Shown one piece after another: positions 47,328 through 61,139 of a stretch of DNA of 64,000 nt. How positions within the stretch are numbered: position 1 is the stretch's first letter; each line of letters opens with the position of its first letter. Where the stretch lies: NCBI GenBank assembly GCA_008632985.1, contig QPGO01000004.1:620001-684000 (forward strand). The letters run 5' to 3'. Source of the stretch: Psammoneis japonica. Taxonomy: Eukaryota. Position numbers and translations under genes: made by a program. The notes under the pieces were generated by a model. The model saw nothing but the letters and a program-made list of their open reading frames with translations. It was not told where the DNA came from and searched no databases.

Positions 47328-48186
47328 ATGTCGTGGAAGGCAGGCTTATCACGACACCTCTCGGTGCTTCGCTTCTTTGCATGCCCCGAGAGTCCTTCTT
47401 CTCGTGGTGTAATGTGAGTCCTCGTTTGTCGACAGTTCGTTCGGCTTATGAAAATACCTCCGCACAGATTTTTTATATGAATTACACTATTTTCTTATTC
47501 GAATTCATAATTACCTTATTCAACCGTTTTCTCGTATTGTGGTTGGCTGATGTGCTCTCATGATTCTTCATGATGAATGTTTGTTTGCTTTCGACAGGAA
47601 ATGGTTTGGGGATAACTACCATGAGCTCAAGATGCTCAATCCAAACCTGCCACTCTTGTTGCGAACAGCGGAAAACGCCATGCCAGCAGTTACAACTGAA
47701 TTGGATTTCATGACGGACGATTTGCTAAGATACATGATTCAAGGAGGCAAGTTTCGTGACGAGAACGGCACGATTGCTGAAAACCGCGTCGAAGCAGCCA
47801 AAGCCTATCTCGCAACGGATTGGGAGACTATGCGGGCAGAACGCTGGTCCTCACCAGGATTTGATCCCGAACGTCCCAACTTGGAGACTTCTAATCCCGA
47901 CTGGAGGGATGACCCGAAAGTTGCTCAGGATCTAAAGCTCTATTTGGAGCTCAAAGACGCAGCTGAAGAACAAATGAAGGTGATTCAGAGCGGACCCAAC
48001 AACGAGTATACACGTGCTGAGAACGCGCTGCTGATGTGCCAAAGGGTGGATTTGTGGTGCGCCGGACCGTCGGAGGTTGAGGCTGCTGTAAGACACTTGT
48101 ACAAACTTGGAGAGAAGTTCAACGATTTGGAACCCGACTACCCTGAATACATTACTGAGTTTTACCCCGGTGTTTCGGACTTGTAG
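47328..48186 (+). CDS. NDUFA2/B8-like (L51/S25/CI-B8 domain) mitochondrial protein with a large insertion
   Basis: Exon 1 MSWKAGLSRHLSVLRFFACPESPSSRGV, intron 47414-47597, exon 2 NYHELKMLNPNLPLLLR. Confidence 0.75.
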
Positions 48187-48342
48187 TAAACTATTGGCTG
48201 ACATTGACAACCAATATTCGCAGTTGTGAAGTAGGATTGTAAGCTTCACTCTATCAGTTTCTTTATTTTTTACGAGTAGCAACAGAATCTTGTGAAATGC
48301 TATTTTGAAGTTTTTTATTCGTTGGTTCATCGTATACTACCC

Positions 48343-49817
48343 TTATCCATCACCTTCTCCACGGGCACGCTTTGGGGGCTTAACGTTGTTGTCAAAGGAT
48401 TCTGTCGACTTACTTTCCTTGTCCGTTTGGGTGGTTTGAGGCTGCCCTCCTTTGACTAGTTGGATTCCTCGTGTAGTGTTCGAATCGTCGTCCTTGCTTG
48501 TTTTCCAGTGAATATGTATGTTTCCTCCACCGACTGCCTCTTTCCTTATATCGACAATTGGCATCCGAGCATGGAGCGTCTCATTTGAACCACAGCCTCC
48601 AAGTGGCCAAACGAAGTCACGGGTTGCCGGTTCTCGATTGCTCCATGATTCTGGAGCTGCGAGAACGACAATGCGACGCACCTCTTGCTGATTTACTTGT
48701 TCAGTTCTGAACAGGTGTTGTAATCCATTCTTGCTGACCTTTGATAGCTTCTCCAACATACTTTCAGGAAACAAATCAACATCGATTGGCTTGTAGTTCA
48801 GCCAAATGTTAACCAAGAAGGTCACTCTTCGGTGCCTCCGCCGCAACAACCGCAATTCTGCAGACCCCATTGACCTTTCGCTTGATTTAGAATCCAGAGT
48901 GCATTGTTTTTCTTCAGGTATCATGCACTGGCGTTTAAAAAGGTCGGCTTCCATCAAATCCGGTGGTGCTGCGTGCAAATATCTTCCGTCGAAGCTAAGA
49001 TGCTTGCCCTGCTTTGGCCAGCTAAGAAACCCAAACGTACCCTCGCCTCCCTCTCTTGATTCGTTCGGCGTTACCCATTCTCCCGTAAAAGTGTCTACTC
49101 GACAATTCATCGCAATCGTCGGAGCTCCAATGTCTGTAAGATACGTGACTGTAGAAATATGAGGATGAACATACATGGAACCTCCCATTAGCAATCTTAG
49201 TTCCTCATCCTTGTCCCAATGAAACGAAATGCCTGTTTTTGACATTTCGTCAGGGTCAGAATCATGCATCGAGTATCTTCTTCCAGAGGGCGAAGGACGA
49301 AGCTGAACCCACCACTCTGCACCCGACGTGGATTCATCATACACATATCCTTCGGGGACGTGGTGATGGAAAACGTCCAGAGCCATCTGTTCCAACCTGC
49401 ATCTTGGCTGCGTCACGCGTCACGAAAGGACTTGAGAACGGTAGCGTAAAGGAAATCTCAAACAACGATTCTGAGAAATGTCCTTACCTTTGTCCCAACA
49501 GCATCAATCCAGAACGTTCTCGGTAGCAGCCCGCAATCGGCAATCTAGTCGAAGAATAAGATGGGTGTGTAGTTGAGAATGCATGGCATCAGCAACAGGG
49601 TATGGATGAGCTATTGGTTACCTACTTCACAGTCATAGAGCAACTCATCCAGAAGATTTTGATCAGAACTTTCGGAATCCACAGCAAGAGCTGTAGCTAC
49701 TGTTTTGCACGAGTAGTCGAGTTGCACATCAGGTTCAGCATCCTTTTTCGCCGTGGACACAGTAGTTTTGTCATAGGTTGTACGACCATTGGGATCAATA
49801 TTCAACTCAAGCTCCAT
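48343..49817 (-). CDS. Hypothetical protein, possibly 2OG-Fe(II) oxygenase-like
   Basis: GAEWWVQLR, FHWDKDE (HxD), STVTYL, FDGRYLH and RRVTFLVNIW. Upstream exons are only approximately resolved. Confidence 0.65.
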
Positions 49818-50169
49818 CGTGAAGGATAAAAGCGGGTTTTGCTTTCGTTTTATGTTGTCGTTCGAATGTTAGGATGCCGCAGATTCTATCATCTATCATG
49901 GCCATGTCGGTGTCGGAAAAAACAAAAACTTGATGATGTCAGTTTGGCTGTGGAATGACGTCATAGTACGAGAAGAATTGCGTAGATCCTACGGGGATGG
50001 TTGGAGTGAATCTTGGCCGTTCAAAAGATCGGAGGGAACTTTTCCGTACGTAAGATCCTACGCAGAATAGTACTGGCTGACAGCGGGCCAATCTTGCGAC
50101 GTTGGCTGCATTTTCCTGCTCGTCAAACTCTTGTTGTTGTTACTAACACCTCTTCTCATTATCTTGATC

Positions 50170-51330
50170 ATGTTTGCCGCTACTCGTTCAGCTTTCTCGG
50201 TTGCCTCTCGTGCCCGAATTCTCAGTGGACGCAGGTGAGAGATTTTCTGCTCTTTTCGTTTGCCGCGAGAAGATGCTAGTTATTTGTTCCTCTCTTTCTC
50301 ACTGTTTTTCGATTTCTTACTGCTTTCTCGTCAGCTTTGCTGCCGTCCAAGCTGCCGACAAACACACTCTCGTTCTTGTGAGGCATGGGGAATCTACATG
50401 GAACCTAGAAAACAAATTCACTGGATGGGTCGATGTGCCACTCAGTCCCAAAGGACACGAAGAGGTGAAGGAAGCTGGTCAGCTCCTGGCGGCGGAGGGC
50501 ATCAAGTTCGACGTTGCTCACACTTCCCTCTTGAAGAGAGCTATTCGTACACTTTGGCACGTGCTCGAGCAGACTGATCTCATGTGGATTCCTGTTCAGA
50601 AGGCTTGGGAGTTGAATGAACGCCACTAGTAAGTCTCCTCATCCTGTGTGTGTGTTGTGTGTTTGTTCTCGTCATGAATGATGTTCTGACGTGCTGTGCT
50701 TACGTTATTCCTCTGCAGCGGCGGTCTACAGGGTTTGGATAAGCAGGAGACTGTCGACAAGTACGGAAAGGATCAAGTATTGGTTTGGCGTAGATCGTAT
50801 GACGTTCCGGTGAGTGTTGTCGGCGCTGTTTTGAATGCGGATGTCAATTATCAAAGCCGCATCCATTCCGATTCTGGTTGAGGAAACTCATTTTGTATTA
50901 TTTCGCTATATCTTTCAACTATTAGCCACCAACAGTTGACCCATCTAGTGAACACCATCCTTCAAACGACCCGCGTTATGCTGGTAAGGAGTTCGCCCAC
51001 GACTTCACGGAGTCGCTCGCGACAACCTTGGATCGTGTCGTTCCCTACTGGGAAGAATCCATCGTGCCTCAGATCAAGGATGGAAAGACGATTCTTATCG
51101 CCGCACACGGAAACTCGCTCCGAGCTTTGGTAAAGCATTTGGACGACATTGACGAGGGAACAATTGCTGAACTAAACATCCCAACTGGCACCCCGTTGGT
51201 TTATGAACTGGACGACAATCTCAAGCCCATTCCCCAACCCAACGCCATTGCACCTCTTCAAGGACGCTACCTTGGCGACCAAGATGCCATTCGCGCACGG
51301 ATCGAAGGAGTCAAGAACCAGACAAAGTAG
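50170..51330 (+). CDS. PGAM: Cofactor-dependent phosphoglycerate mutase with a mitochondrial-type presequence
   Basis: [36 protein letters not shown] and LNIPTG. Introns at 50235-50334, 50629-50718 and 50810-50925. Confidence 0.95.
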
Positions 51331-51930
51331 AAAGTCGTCTTTTCTGTGGAGGGATTTCTACCTTGTTTTTTTTGGGCGCATGGGATTCGGCGGTTTAGAC
51401 TTGTCAATCACCGGTGTTTGTTATGGATTGCAATCGAAAATCAGATACAGCCTAAACTGTTACTATCTTCAACCTTGTTTAAAATAATAATTCTTTTTTT
51501 GTAACTTCGTTCGTCCAAAGTTACTTGAAAACTTTTTGTTTGTTAGTTGCTCCGTCCCTCTTTGTCTATTGTAACTAGAAAGTACTACGGTAAAGTTGGG
51601 AGTGGACAGATTCTTCGGTTTTCGTTCCGTGATCACCCCACTGTACCGGTATCTCCGGCATTCCTAAAGGCCGAGGAGCACAGACCAAAAGTCCTCGTTT
51701 TCCAACTTGAAACTGCAACGGACGCGCACACGCGCTATGGTACTGTACTGTACGTATTGTACGCTGATTGACATGACGTCGTCTGTGCGTCATCATCCAC
51801 GAGTGACATGACGACTGACTCACAAGCAAGATGGCGGGAAAAAACAAAAAAACGGCGACGATAGAGAGCGGACATGGCATGATGCATCGTCCCGCCCGCC
51901 ATTTTTACTGAATCGCAAGAGCACGCTACC

Positions 51931-52913
51931 ATGATGATTCCCTTGGCAAAATTGTTTCTTCTTCTCCTTGCAATTTGCGATTGCCGAGCTTTTTCAGCGC
52001 CTGCACTTAACCTTAATTTCGACACAGTTCTCAACAGCTTCGGAAAGACAAACTCGCTTGAGTTCAAGTACACACATTTGGAAGTCAATGGAATGCTTTG
52101 CGAGATACCTCAAGCCGACATTTCGATAGCTATTGACCCAATCGCTTCCCAGTTGGACTTTGGTATTCCTTGGGGTTATCGAGCAAACAAAAAGTTTATT
52201 AACGAGCTTCAAACGTTAGAATTGATCGAAAAGGCGCGGCCTGATGTGGTTTGCTATCAATGGGTCTGGATGACCACACACATCTCCCCACCCTCAAGAA
52301 AATTGTAGACAAAATGCCAAATCTGAAGTTTGTAGTTGCCCCTAGTGCCGAGAAGAAAGTCGCTTCGATTCTCCCCAATCCAGAGTCGCAACTCACCGTG
52401 CTCAAACCTGGCAACTCGATTTCGATTGAAAAGTCTGCCGCCACCGTCACGATTACTGCTACGGAAGGAGCCCTTGTTGGTCCTCCATGGCAGGCACGGG
52501 AGAATGGGTGGCTTATGGATGTCGGCACATCTGCCAATGAAATGAAGATTTATTTTGAACCTCACGCCGACGTTAAACTTGACAGTCTCGCTGGCGTACA
52601 AGCAGATATCGTCATTTCCCCAGTTAAAGAGCAAAGCTTACCTGCTCAAGTCCCAAAGCCAGGCCAATTCACTCTTGTTTACGGGGGTCAGCGTACTCTG
52701 GAAATTGCGGAGTATCTTGGAGCTTCTGTAGTCATACCTCTTGGCAACGGCGATTTGGATACTCAAGGTCCTTTGGCAGAGTTGGTGTCTGCGACAGGAA
52801 GTGCAGACGAATTCGAAGAGCTAGTATCGAAGTGGAATGAAGGGAAAGATGAAAGCGAGAGGATACGTGTTGAGAGAGCTACTCCTGGTATTCCCTTGAA
52901 GGTTAACATTTGA
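51931..52913 (+). CDS. Metallo-beta-lactamase-fold protein, probably plastid-targeted
   Basis: Signal ending CRAF. Motifs IAIDP, GLDDHTHLPTL, GALVGPPWQARENG and IYFEPH. Frameshift near 52250. Confidence 0.8.
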
Positions 52914-53277
52914 AGGAATCGCCTAACTTTTGACCAGATTCAAGATAAATTACATGTTACTCTCTTCTAAGTCTGATCACCACAGTAAGAATAAACTCTT
53001 TAGGTCGAAGTTCACCGTTCAATTGATCACAAGTGTCAGAGCATGGACCTTGCAGCAGCCAGCTAGACCTACTGTGAAACAGCTCAAACGAATCGTGCTG
53101 ACGTGGTCGCGGATTCTGAGATGGATGCGCGACCAATTCGTCATTCAGTTCATCGCTCCTACCTGCCTCTCTCCTCTCGCTCTCTAGCTATCTCGCGGCT
53201 CGTGCGGTGTCCATCGCATCGCGGTCCATCGTCCCTCAAGTGATGCACATGCAGGGACGAAAGTCGATGCTGGAACG

Positions 53278-55196
53278 ATGTTACGATCAATATTGTGTCT
53301 TATTCTTTTTCTTATCGCGAAAAGTAGCCATGCATTCACATGGTGCTCCCCCAATTGTCGCACCAGCGGCGATTGCATTGCTCAATCGCGCGGCAGTCGC
53401 GTATCTCTCTTTGCTGCCCAAGAAGACACAACAGCGAGATCTAATGGCGATGTAGAAGTTGTCGACATTGCGATTGTTGGGGCGGGAATCGGTGGGTTGT
53501 GCGCTGGTGCCATCTTGAATACGCTCTATGGCAAGACTGTCAAGGTTTTTGAATCCCATTATCTTGCTGGAGGATGTGCCATGCGTTCGACAGGGTCGCC
53601 GAAAACAATGTAACCTTTACCTTTGACTCGGGACCGACAATTGTTTTGGGGTGCAGCAAAGAACCGTTCAACCCACTTCGACAGGTACTCAATGCGATTG
53701 GACTTGGCTCAGAGGTTGAATGGATTCCTTACGATGGATGGGGGATGATTGAGAATCCCGGGCAAACAGAAGAGAAACGATGGAAAATAGAACTGGGACC
53801 AGATGTGTTTGAAGACGGACCGCTGATGGAGTTTGCTGAGCCCTCCGCCCAACTTGAGTTTGAGGAATTGCGCAAAGTTACGAAGAGCCTCGTAAGTGGA
53901 GCTGTCGAGATTCCTGCCATGGCAATGCGGGCAGGCAAATCCGCGTTGATCCCGCTACTACGATACCTCCCTGCACTCGTAGGACTCATTCAAATGGGAG
54001 ATCTATCTACCGGAACATTTTCTCCATACATGGATGGTCCTTTGTTTAAAGTAAAGGATCCTTGGCTTCGAAATTGGCTGGATGCTTTAGCGTTCTCGCT
54101 GTCAGGCCTCCCAGCGTCGCGAACATCAGCCGCAGCAATGGCATACGTTTTGTTTGACATGCACAGACCCGGTGCTGCGTTAGATTATCCTAAAGGCGGC
54201 CTCGGAAAAGTGATTGACGCCCTTGTAAAGGGCGTTGAACAGGGAGAACAGAATTCTAAGGTCCACCTTCGGAGTCACGTGAGAAGTATTGATACCACTG
54301 ATGATGGAGAAAAGGCAACTGGCGTTACGCTACGCAGCGGCAAAAAGATCTTAGTACGAGACGGAGTCATTTGCAACGCCCCAGTGTGGTCTCTGAATAA
54401 ACTCATTCTTAACAAAAACGCCAAGACTATCCTTAATGGCGGAGTTACCCCTTCGGTTCAAAGCCGTGAACCAAGACAGACTTGGACAAGTAGAAGCAAT
54501 GAACGAAGCTCAATTCGTTGGACTCGTGAAGATGGTCATCCCTCTGATGAGAGTTTACTTTCGAAATGTGATACGTCAGAGATGACTGGATCATTTTTGC
54601 ATTTGCATCTTGCGCTGGATGCTTCTGGGTTGGATCTTGACTCCATGGAAGCGCACTACACCGTGATGGATCGCGGTCTTGACGGAGACGACAATGATGG
54701 TCCCTGTGGAGAGCTCAACATGATTGCCTTGTCAAATCCATGTGTCATCGACAGCTCCCTTGCACCAGAGGGATACATTGTAGTGCATGCTTATGGAGCC
54801 GGCAATGAGCCATACAAACCATGGGAGAATATGAAACGAACATCGCCAGAATATCTTGCGATGAAGGAGAAGCGAGCCGAGGTGCTGTGGCGTGCTGTTG
54901 AGAGCGTCATTCCAGATGCTCGGAAGCGGGTGGTTCTCGATCTGATAGGATCTCCTCTAACGCACGAAAGATTCCTAAGAAGGCCGAAGGGCACGTATGG
55001 TTCTGCTACTGAAGACTATTTGAAGGATGGAAGTACTCCAATCAATGGTCTCATCCTTTGCGGCGATTTCATCTTCCCTGGGATTGGCGTTCCAGCTGTG
55101 GCGTTGAGCGGCGCGAGTGCGGCAAATGCCATGGTGGGTCCTTTGCAACAGTGGCGCTGCCTAGATGACCTGAAACGAAACAACCTAATACAATAA
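53278..55196 (+). CDS. Carotenoid isomerase (CRTISO)/phytoene dehydrogenase-like FAD oxidoreductase, probably plastid-targeted
   Basis: IVGAGIGG, ESHYLAGGCAHAF, FDSGP, YPKGG, GSPLTHERFL and FPGIGVPAVA. Signal ending SHAF. Frameshift near 53580. Confidence 0.88.
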
Positions 55197-55239
55197 CACC
55201 ATACGCAAGAAACTCAAGCTACAATAATTCAACGACGCT

Positions 55240-57619
55240 TTAGACACTAGTCCCGAACGACTGCCGAATACCCCTGGTTAAATGCGTGGACAAATCGGCT
55301 AATGAGCACAACCTCGCACCAGTTTCCTCCGACATGTCATCGTCTTTCTCACCATCGGCAACGTCCTCGATGACACAGATGCTGGCAACGTGACCGTCCG
55401 GTCGAACCAGCACTGCCTTTGGCTTCGTCCCAAGTGGACGTAGCATCGGCCTCAGTGCGGACTTGCTATCTACGAGCGTCAAGAAATTGCTTTGTTGTGG
55501 AGGCTCCTCTGATGCACTAGCATCCGATACAACATTAACCATCTGTAAAGGAACACCAAGTGGCGAGATGCACCTACTTATGTCTTTCGCAGCTGCTGCA
55601 TCGCAATCGACTAGAAACAGAACGAATGAGGGCGCAAGCTGCGATTCTGTCACTGTTGGCCCTTCCCGTAGTTGAGCGGACATATCGGTCGTTGTCACAT
55701 AAAATTCATCGCCAGGTCTCCCACTATTGTCAATTTGCACTAAGTGCGGGTACAAACTTTTCACAACGGAAGGACGAGGAGACATGACCCTCATTACGGC
55801 GTGTGGGAACAAGAATCCTACACGAACTCGAGGCGAGTACCCTGCTGTGTCACTTCCACCACCAACATTTTGTAGAGGCTCGCTCGTATCTACATCCTTC
55901 GCGTAGCGGAACCCAAGCTCATACATAGGGAACAAAAGAGGAAGTCCCGAGCCCGTCTGCAGAAATCCCAACACATTCTGTTTTATTAGCTTACCGTGAA
56001 TACTGTTGTCACTTTGGAGAGCTCTGAGTGGCAACATCGCAGTCTTTACCAAGGTCCTAAATGTTTCCTGTCGAGCTGTTAGTGGTAGAAAAGAGAATGG
56101 CGGCGACGATAACAATGACATCAAAGCCTGTGGGTGCTGATCGTTCAGATAGCATGCCTTGGCGAGTTTCAAGGTGCGATTGTAATTTCTTACAGATAAA
56201 GCCGCATTCTGTTGTGCCACAGATCTACGCTCTTGTTCGTATTGCCGTAGTGTCGGTCCAGTTATTTCTTGTTGCTTTGTTTCATTCCCAGCGCTGTTGT
56301 CATGTAGCCAGGACAACCGCCACGCAAGATTGTAAACATCTTGTAGCCCAGTGTTCATCCCTAGACCACCAGCAGGCGGAAATACATGAGCAGAGTCTGC
56401 CGTGCCAAAAGAAAGGAGAAAACGTTATTGGTAAACAAAATTTAAGGAGGAGCCATTCTCCGTTTTCGACGCGCCAACATCAATTCTTACCTCCCGCGAG
56501 AACACACCGATCTCCGAAAACGTACTTATCGGCGATCAAAGAGCTCATGGTCCAGGGTCTTATGGACACTATTTCCAAGTCTTTATTCGTCGTGGTTTCC
56601 TGCGGGACGCCGAGAGCACATTCCACCATATTCCGCACCTTTTCCTCAGAAAAGTCCTCTTCAAGCGTTTGATATGGCGGAAAGAATGGTATTTGTAGAA
56701 CATACTCACCCACATCATGACAAACAACAACGGCGACAATAGAGCGATGATAGATAAAGTGCAACATGGCGCTCCTGTCACCCGAATGAAGCTTGTTTGA
56801 GAGGGACGCACTTGTTCTAATGTGGACATTAACAAGGCTTTGTATGTGCTTCTGTCCCTGCAAGCCAATCTTCCACACTTTGCGTCGCAGTGTTGAGTTC
56901 GCTCCATCGGCAGCAACCACAAATTTGGTACGAATGTTTTCACCATGTGCTGTCGTGACAGATATCGGGAACTCAGGATCCTCGTCGTTTTGTTTCACGC
57001 TTGCTACGGTTGCTCCGTACTCCACCAATGTACCATCACCAGCGTTCTGTTTCGCAGACTGCCATAAGATTCGACAGAAGTGATGTTGGGCCAAATGTGC
57101 AACGGAACATATGCTCAGAGGAAGGTTTTGGCAATCATCAGTCTCGGCCTCGGTCATGACGTAGTTTTCATCCCCTCGCCTCGTATCCGGTAACAATTTT
57201 CCATTCCCATCCATGTTGGCCTTGAGAGGAAAATCAACCGGGTGACGTACACGTGCCATGGAATTCGTCATGGATGATCCCCATTGAAAATGATTCCAGT
57301 TGGAAACTGGAGGGACTTTGTTCCACACCTCTTTGTAGACATTCGGTAGTGCATGCCGAAGAATTTCCATTGTTCGTGTGTTTAAGAAATGAGCCTGCGG
57401 GTGTGCAAAGCGCTGGTCGGGCGTCTGGCTCTCTAACAACACCGAAGGCGTCCCATACAACGACAACAAATTTGAAAGCAACAAACCTGTCGGACCCCCT
57501 CCAACAATTACAACTGACGTCCTTTTTGCATCACCGAAAGTTTGTGAGCTCGTTGAGAGCACCCGCGACCTACGAGTTGGATGGGCGCATCGTGATAACC
57601 ACAAGCTAGTCGCTGCCAT
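55240..57619 (-). CDS. FAD-dependent aromatic monooxygenase (FAD_binding_3; dichlorophenol monooxygenase-like)
   Basis: IVGGGPTG, HPQAHFLNTRTME, ADGANS, LAG|DSAHVFPPAGGLGMNTG across intron 56397-56490, and VRPDGHV. Confidence 0.9.
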
Positions 57620-57923
57620 ACCTAACAGCGATGCCCAGGATGCATACTAATGAATCAGGGCTGATGCTTTGGGGGTGCAGCTGGGATTGGATTGGACGGT
57701 TGATGCCTCGCGTTCGTTTGCCGGTTGTCATTTTTGGATTCTGCAAAATTCCAAAATGAGGTGGCGGCATCTTTTTGAAACCCCCGCGATTTTCGCGCGA
57801 AAGAGAAGGCCTGCTCAACCGGGCGAAGGCCAGAAGGACATTTTTTAGTCGAACGTGTCCGTCCGCAAGACAGGAGATCGAGAACGCGTCGATCACAGAA
57901 ATAGGGCCCTAAGGTCAGCGGCA

Positions 57924-59099
57924 ATGGCCCCAAGAAAACGACGGCAAAACCAAGCTAGTCATACGAAAAAGAACAAGAAGATCACATCAAACGGAAGAAA
58001 AGAAAGGTCAATAATGAATCAGCAGAAGAATAACAAGTCATGGATTTATGGGGCATGCGTGTGGGGAGCGGCGGTGCTGTTTGTTCTGTCACTCGTAGGA
58101 ATGGCCCTCTGGCTAACCCAAGATACATTCTTGGAAGGCGATCCGGCTGAGGATATGACGAAAAAGATCGCCGTCGACAAGAAACCAGCTGGTCCACTCG
58201 TTGCTTCTCCAGGAACTTATGAAGTTCTGGAAACCTTGCCACATGACAAGAACGCCTTTACGCAGGGTCTCACTTATGCGAACGGGAAACTGTATGAGGG
58301 TACCGGTTTGTACGGAAAGTCAGAACTACGGCACGTTGAACCTGAAACAGGAAAGGTGCTAAGCTCATTTCCGCTGGAACGGAAATTGTTTGGTGAGGGT
58401 ATTACACTTTTCACTGACGATGACGGCAATGAGCTCCTCATCCAGATAACTTGGAAGTCCCAGAGGGGGTTCATCTACAACGCTACTTCCCCTGAGAACG
58501 CTACGTCGTTTGAGCTCATAAGGGAATTCAATTTCAGCACGACGACTACACAAGGATGGTATGTAAATTTTCTTGATCCTGCCTGAACTCTTCAAAAATT
58601 GTTGTTGTGTATTCGCATGCTGTCCTTCAGTGACTCACGCGGAACCCCCATGCTATCTTTTATTTTACCCGGAACTAGGGGTATCACGTACAACGAAGCA
58701 GACAAGGAATTCATGGTTAGTGACGGATCGCACTGGATTCATTTCTGGGACCGCGATACCCTCAAACAGAAACGTAGGATTCCCGTTGTTTTAGTTCGGG
58801 AAGAAGTTATCAATGCAACAACCACTGAGCTGAAGCAAGACCGTGTGAAGAATTTGAACGAATTAGAATTGGACAGTGAAGGATTCATCTTGTCCAATGT
58901 ATGGTATAGAGATGTCCTCCTTAGGATTGACCCTACCACGGGTTACGTCGAACGAAAGTATGACTTCTCAGAGTTATACACGGACCGCATTCGCACTGCG
59001 GATTGTTTCAACGGCATCTCTGTTACCGAAAACGCGGACGAATTTTATGTGACAGGAAAGCAATGGCCAAACATGTATCGCGTCAAACTATTTGTATGA
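57924..59099 (+). CDS. Glutaminyl-peptide cyclotransferase (plant/bacterial type) with an N-terminal membrane anchor
   Basis: HDKNAFTQGL, EGTGLYG, FGEGIT, QGW|GIT across intron 58559-58678, LNELE, NGI and TGKQWP. Confidence 0.92.
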
Positions 59100-59242
59100 A
59101 TTTCAGAATTGAGGCTATCGTGAAATTAAACAGGCTTTATTTTATGCGCTTTCTACTTGTTTGCAAGTTCTGGGCTTGTTTTAAAAAAGTATCGGTGTGG
59201 CTGCGATACCTGGTATGCCTTAGACTGTAACTCTACTACAGC

Positions 59243-61139
59243 TCAATACCTCGATCGACGCCGGCGCCATTTGCCTTCTACAACGTTGCACGACCACTCT
59301 TTTGGCAGGTCCTCCATTCCAACATTTTCGTCGATTGTTCTGCCGGTCAGCGCCCAGAACAAGTCTGCAGACGCCATGGCCTTGATTTGTTGCAAGACGA
59401 GGTTACCTAACTGTCCGTCCCTGGAACACTTGAGAAAAATTCGTTCCACAATCTGTCTCCTCGAATCACAGTCCGGCATTTGTTTTTCGCACACTTTCAA
59501 GAATGTGCCATACGTGACTTGGTCAGGTTTACCAAAGGGTGAATCTTCCAATTCACGAAAGAGCGCGTGAGCGATTTCCAACGCCCTGTTCTGCTCAAAA
59601 ATATCTCCCGTGGTGAAGGCACAGGCGTTCAATACCGCGTTGAATATCACAATATTCGGTCTGACGGCGTTATTTCCCTCCCCATATAGATCTTTCATGT
59701 GCTGCAATATGTTGTAGGCTCGTTCCGCCTTGTCGTGGCTGTGGCTCCTTGCCCATGCTGTTTGAAAAAGAAACGGTGAGAAAAGCCAACCAAAAAGAAA
59801 GCCCGCATGGAATTCACTCACCATTGATTAGAATGCTGAAGCTAAAAACATCGGGGCTAACACTCTCGTTGCCTTCACGGTAGAGTGTCTCCATGAGGTC
59901 GAGAAGAGCTTCCGCTTTAAAAGCTGCATCCTCATGTCGAGTTTTCGCCCACGCATTGAGTACGGAATTGAAGCTTCTGACGTTTGGCTTGGCGTCGACA
60001 TTCTCTCCCGTCTCATACAACTCTTCCATATGGCGTAGCAGTGCCTCGCATCTTTCAGCACTGTATTCTTCACCACTTTTAGCCCACGCGTCAATCACAG
60101 CATTAAAACTAACCGTTGTGGGCTTCATGTCTTCTTCTCCCGCGCTGTAGAGATCCTCCATCTTTTCTAGGATTTCCTCGGCTCGCTGCGCAGACCCTCT
60201 ATCACCACAATTGGCCCATGCTGTAATTACAGAGTTGAAATTGATTGCATTGGGTTTGACGTCACTATTTCCGTCTTCGTAGAGCGATTCCATCCTACTA
60301 AGGCAATCCTCGGCGCGTTGTGCTGCCCCGTACTCTCCGCTCTTGGCCCACGCATTGATAAGAGCATTGAAACTACGCGCGGTGGGGCGGACATCTGGAT
60401 CTCCCTCTGCGTACTTCTGCTCCATCAAATTTGAAAACTGTTCAGCCTTTGTTGCGGCTCCGGGTGCTCCGCTGTTGGCGTAAGCCTCGACAACAGCAGT
60501 GTACGTATATGTGTTCGGTTTCACACCTTCGTTCTCCCCAGAAAGATACAACTGTTCCATATTGTGAAGAATCTCTTCAGCAATATCACCAGCGTCGACG
60601 CGGCCTGACCGAGAGATTGCATTGATGACCTTTGTGTAGCTACGCACGTCGGGCTTAATGCTCGGCATAGTGGAACGATGTGACTGACTGTTGAGCTCTT
60701 CCATACGATTCAAAAGGGAATGAGCATGCTCTGCTGCATCAAGTTCACCAGACAAAGCCCATGCGTCAATGAGCCAGTTGAAAGTTTTTCTATCAACCTT
60801 CATACCGCGACTACTGAGGGTGTCGCTGCTCCCTGACCCGTCTTGATATCCGTCTGCGGTCACACGCAACAACTGCTCTGTACGCTTTCGTAAGAAATTG
60901 GCGTCTCCCATGGCTGTATTCCCCTTCTTGTTTCTCTTTTTGCGATAATTCCTTCGTCTGCCACCTTTTTCGCCGTTGGAAGCTGTCGCTTCTGCTTGTG
61001 TTAACGTTTCTGTGGAGAGGCGTCTAGTACAACTTCCATCGTACTCTCGTCGCGTATGCGAATTAATTACAGAAGTAACAGTAAACCCTGCCACTGGTGA
61101 CAGGGAAAGTAAGAGGAGAATAACCCGCCTGCGTGTCAT
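59243..61139 (-). CDS. Pentatricopeptide repeat protein, probably organelle-targeted
   Basis: Tandem repeats of the form KPxxxSFNxxIxAWAKSG...AE.LL..ME. Intron at 59758-59821. Signal peptide ends AGF. Confidence 0.92.

Noticed and set aside
59860..60680. Regularly spaced repeats as a CRISPR-like array
   Set aside because: They are degenerate coding PPR repeats in a eukaryotic gene, with no identical direct repeats or spacers.
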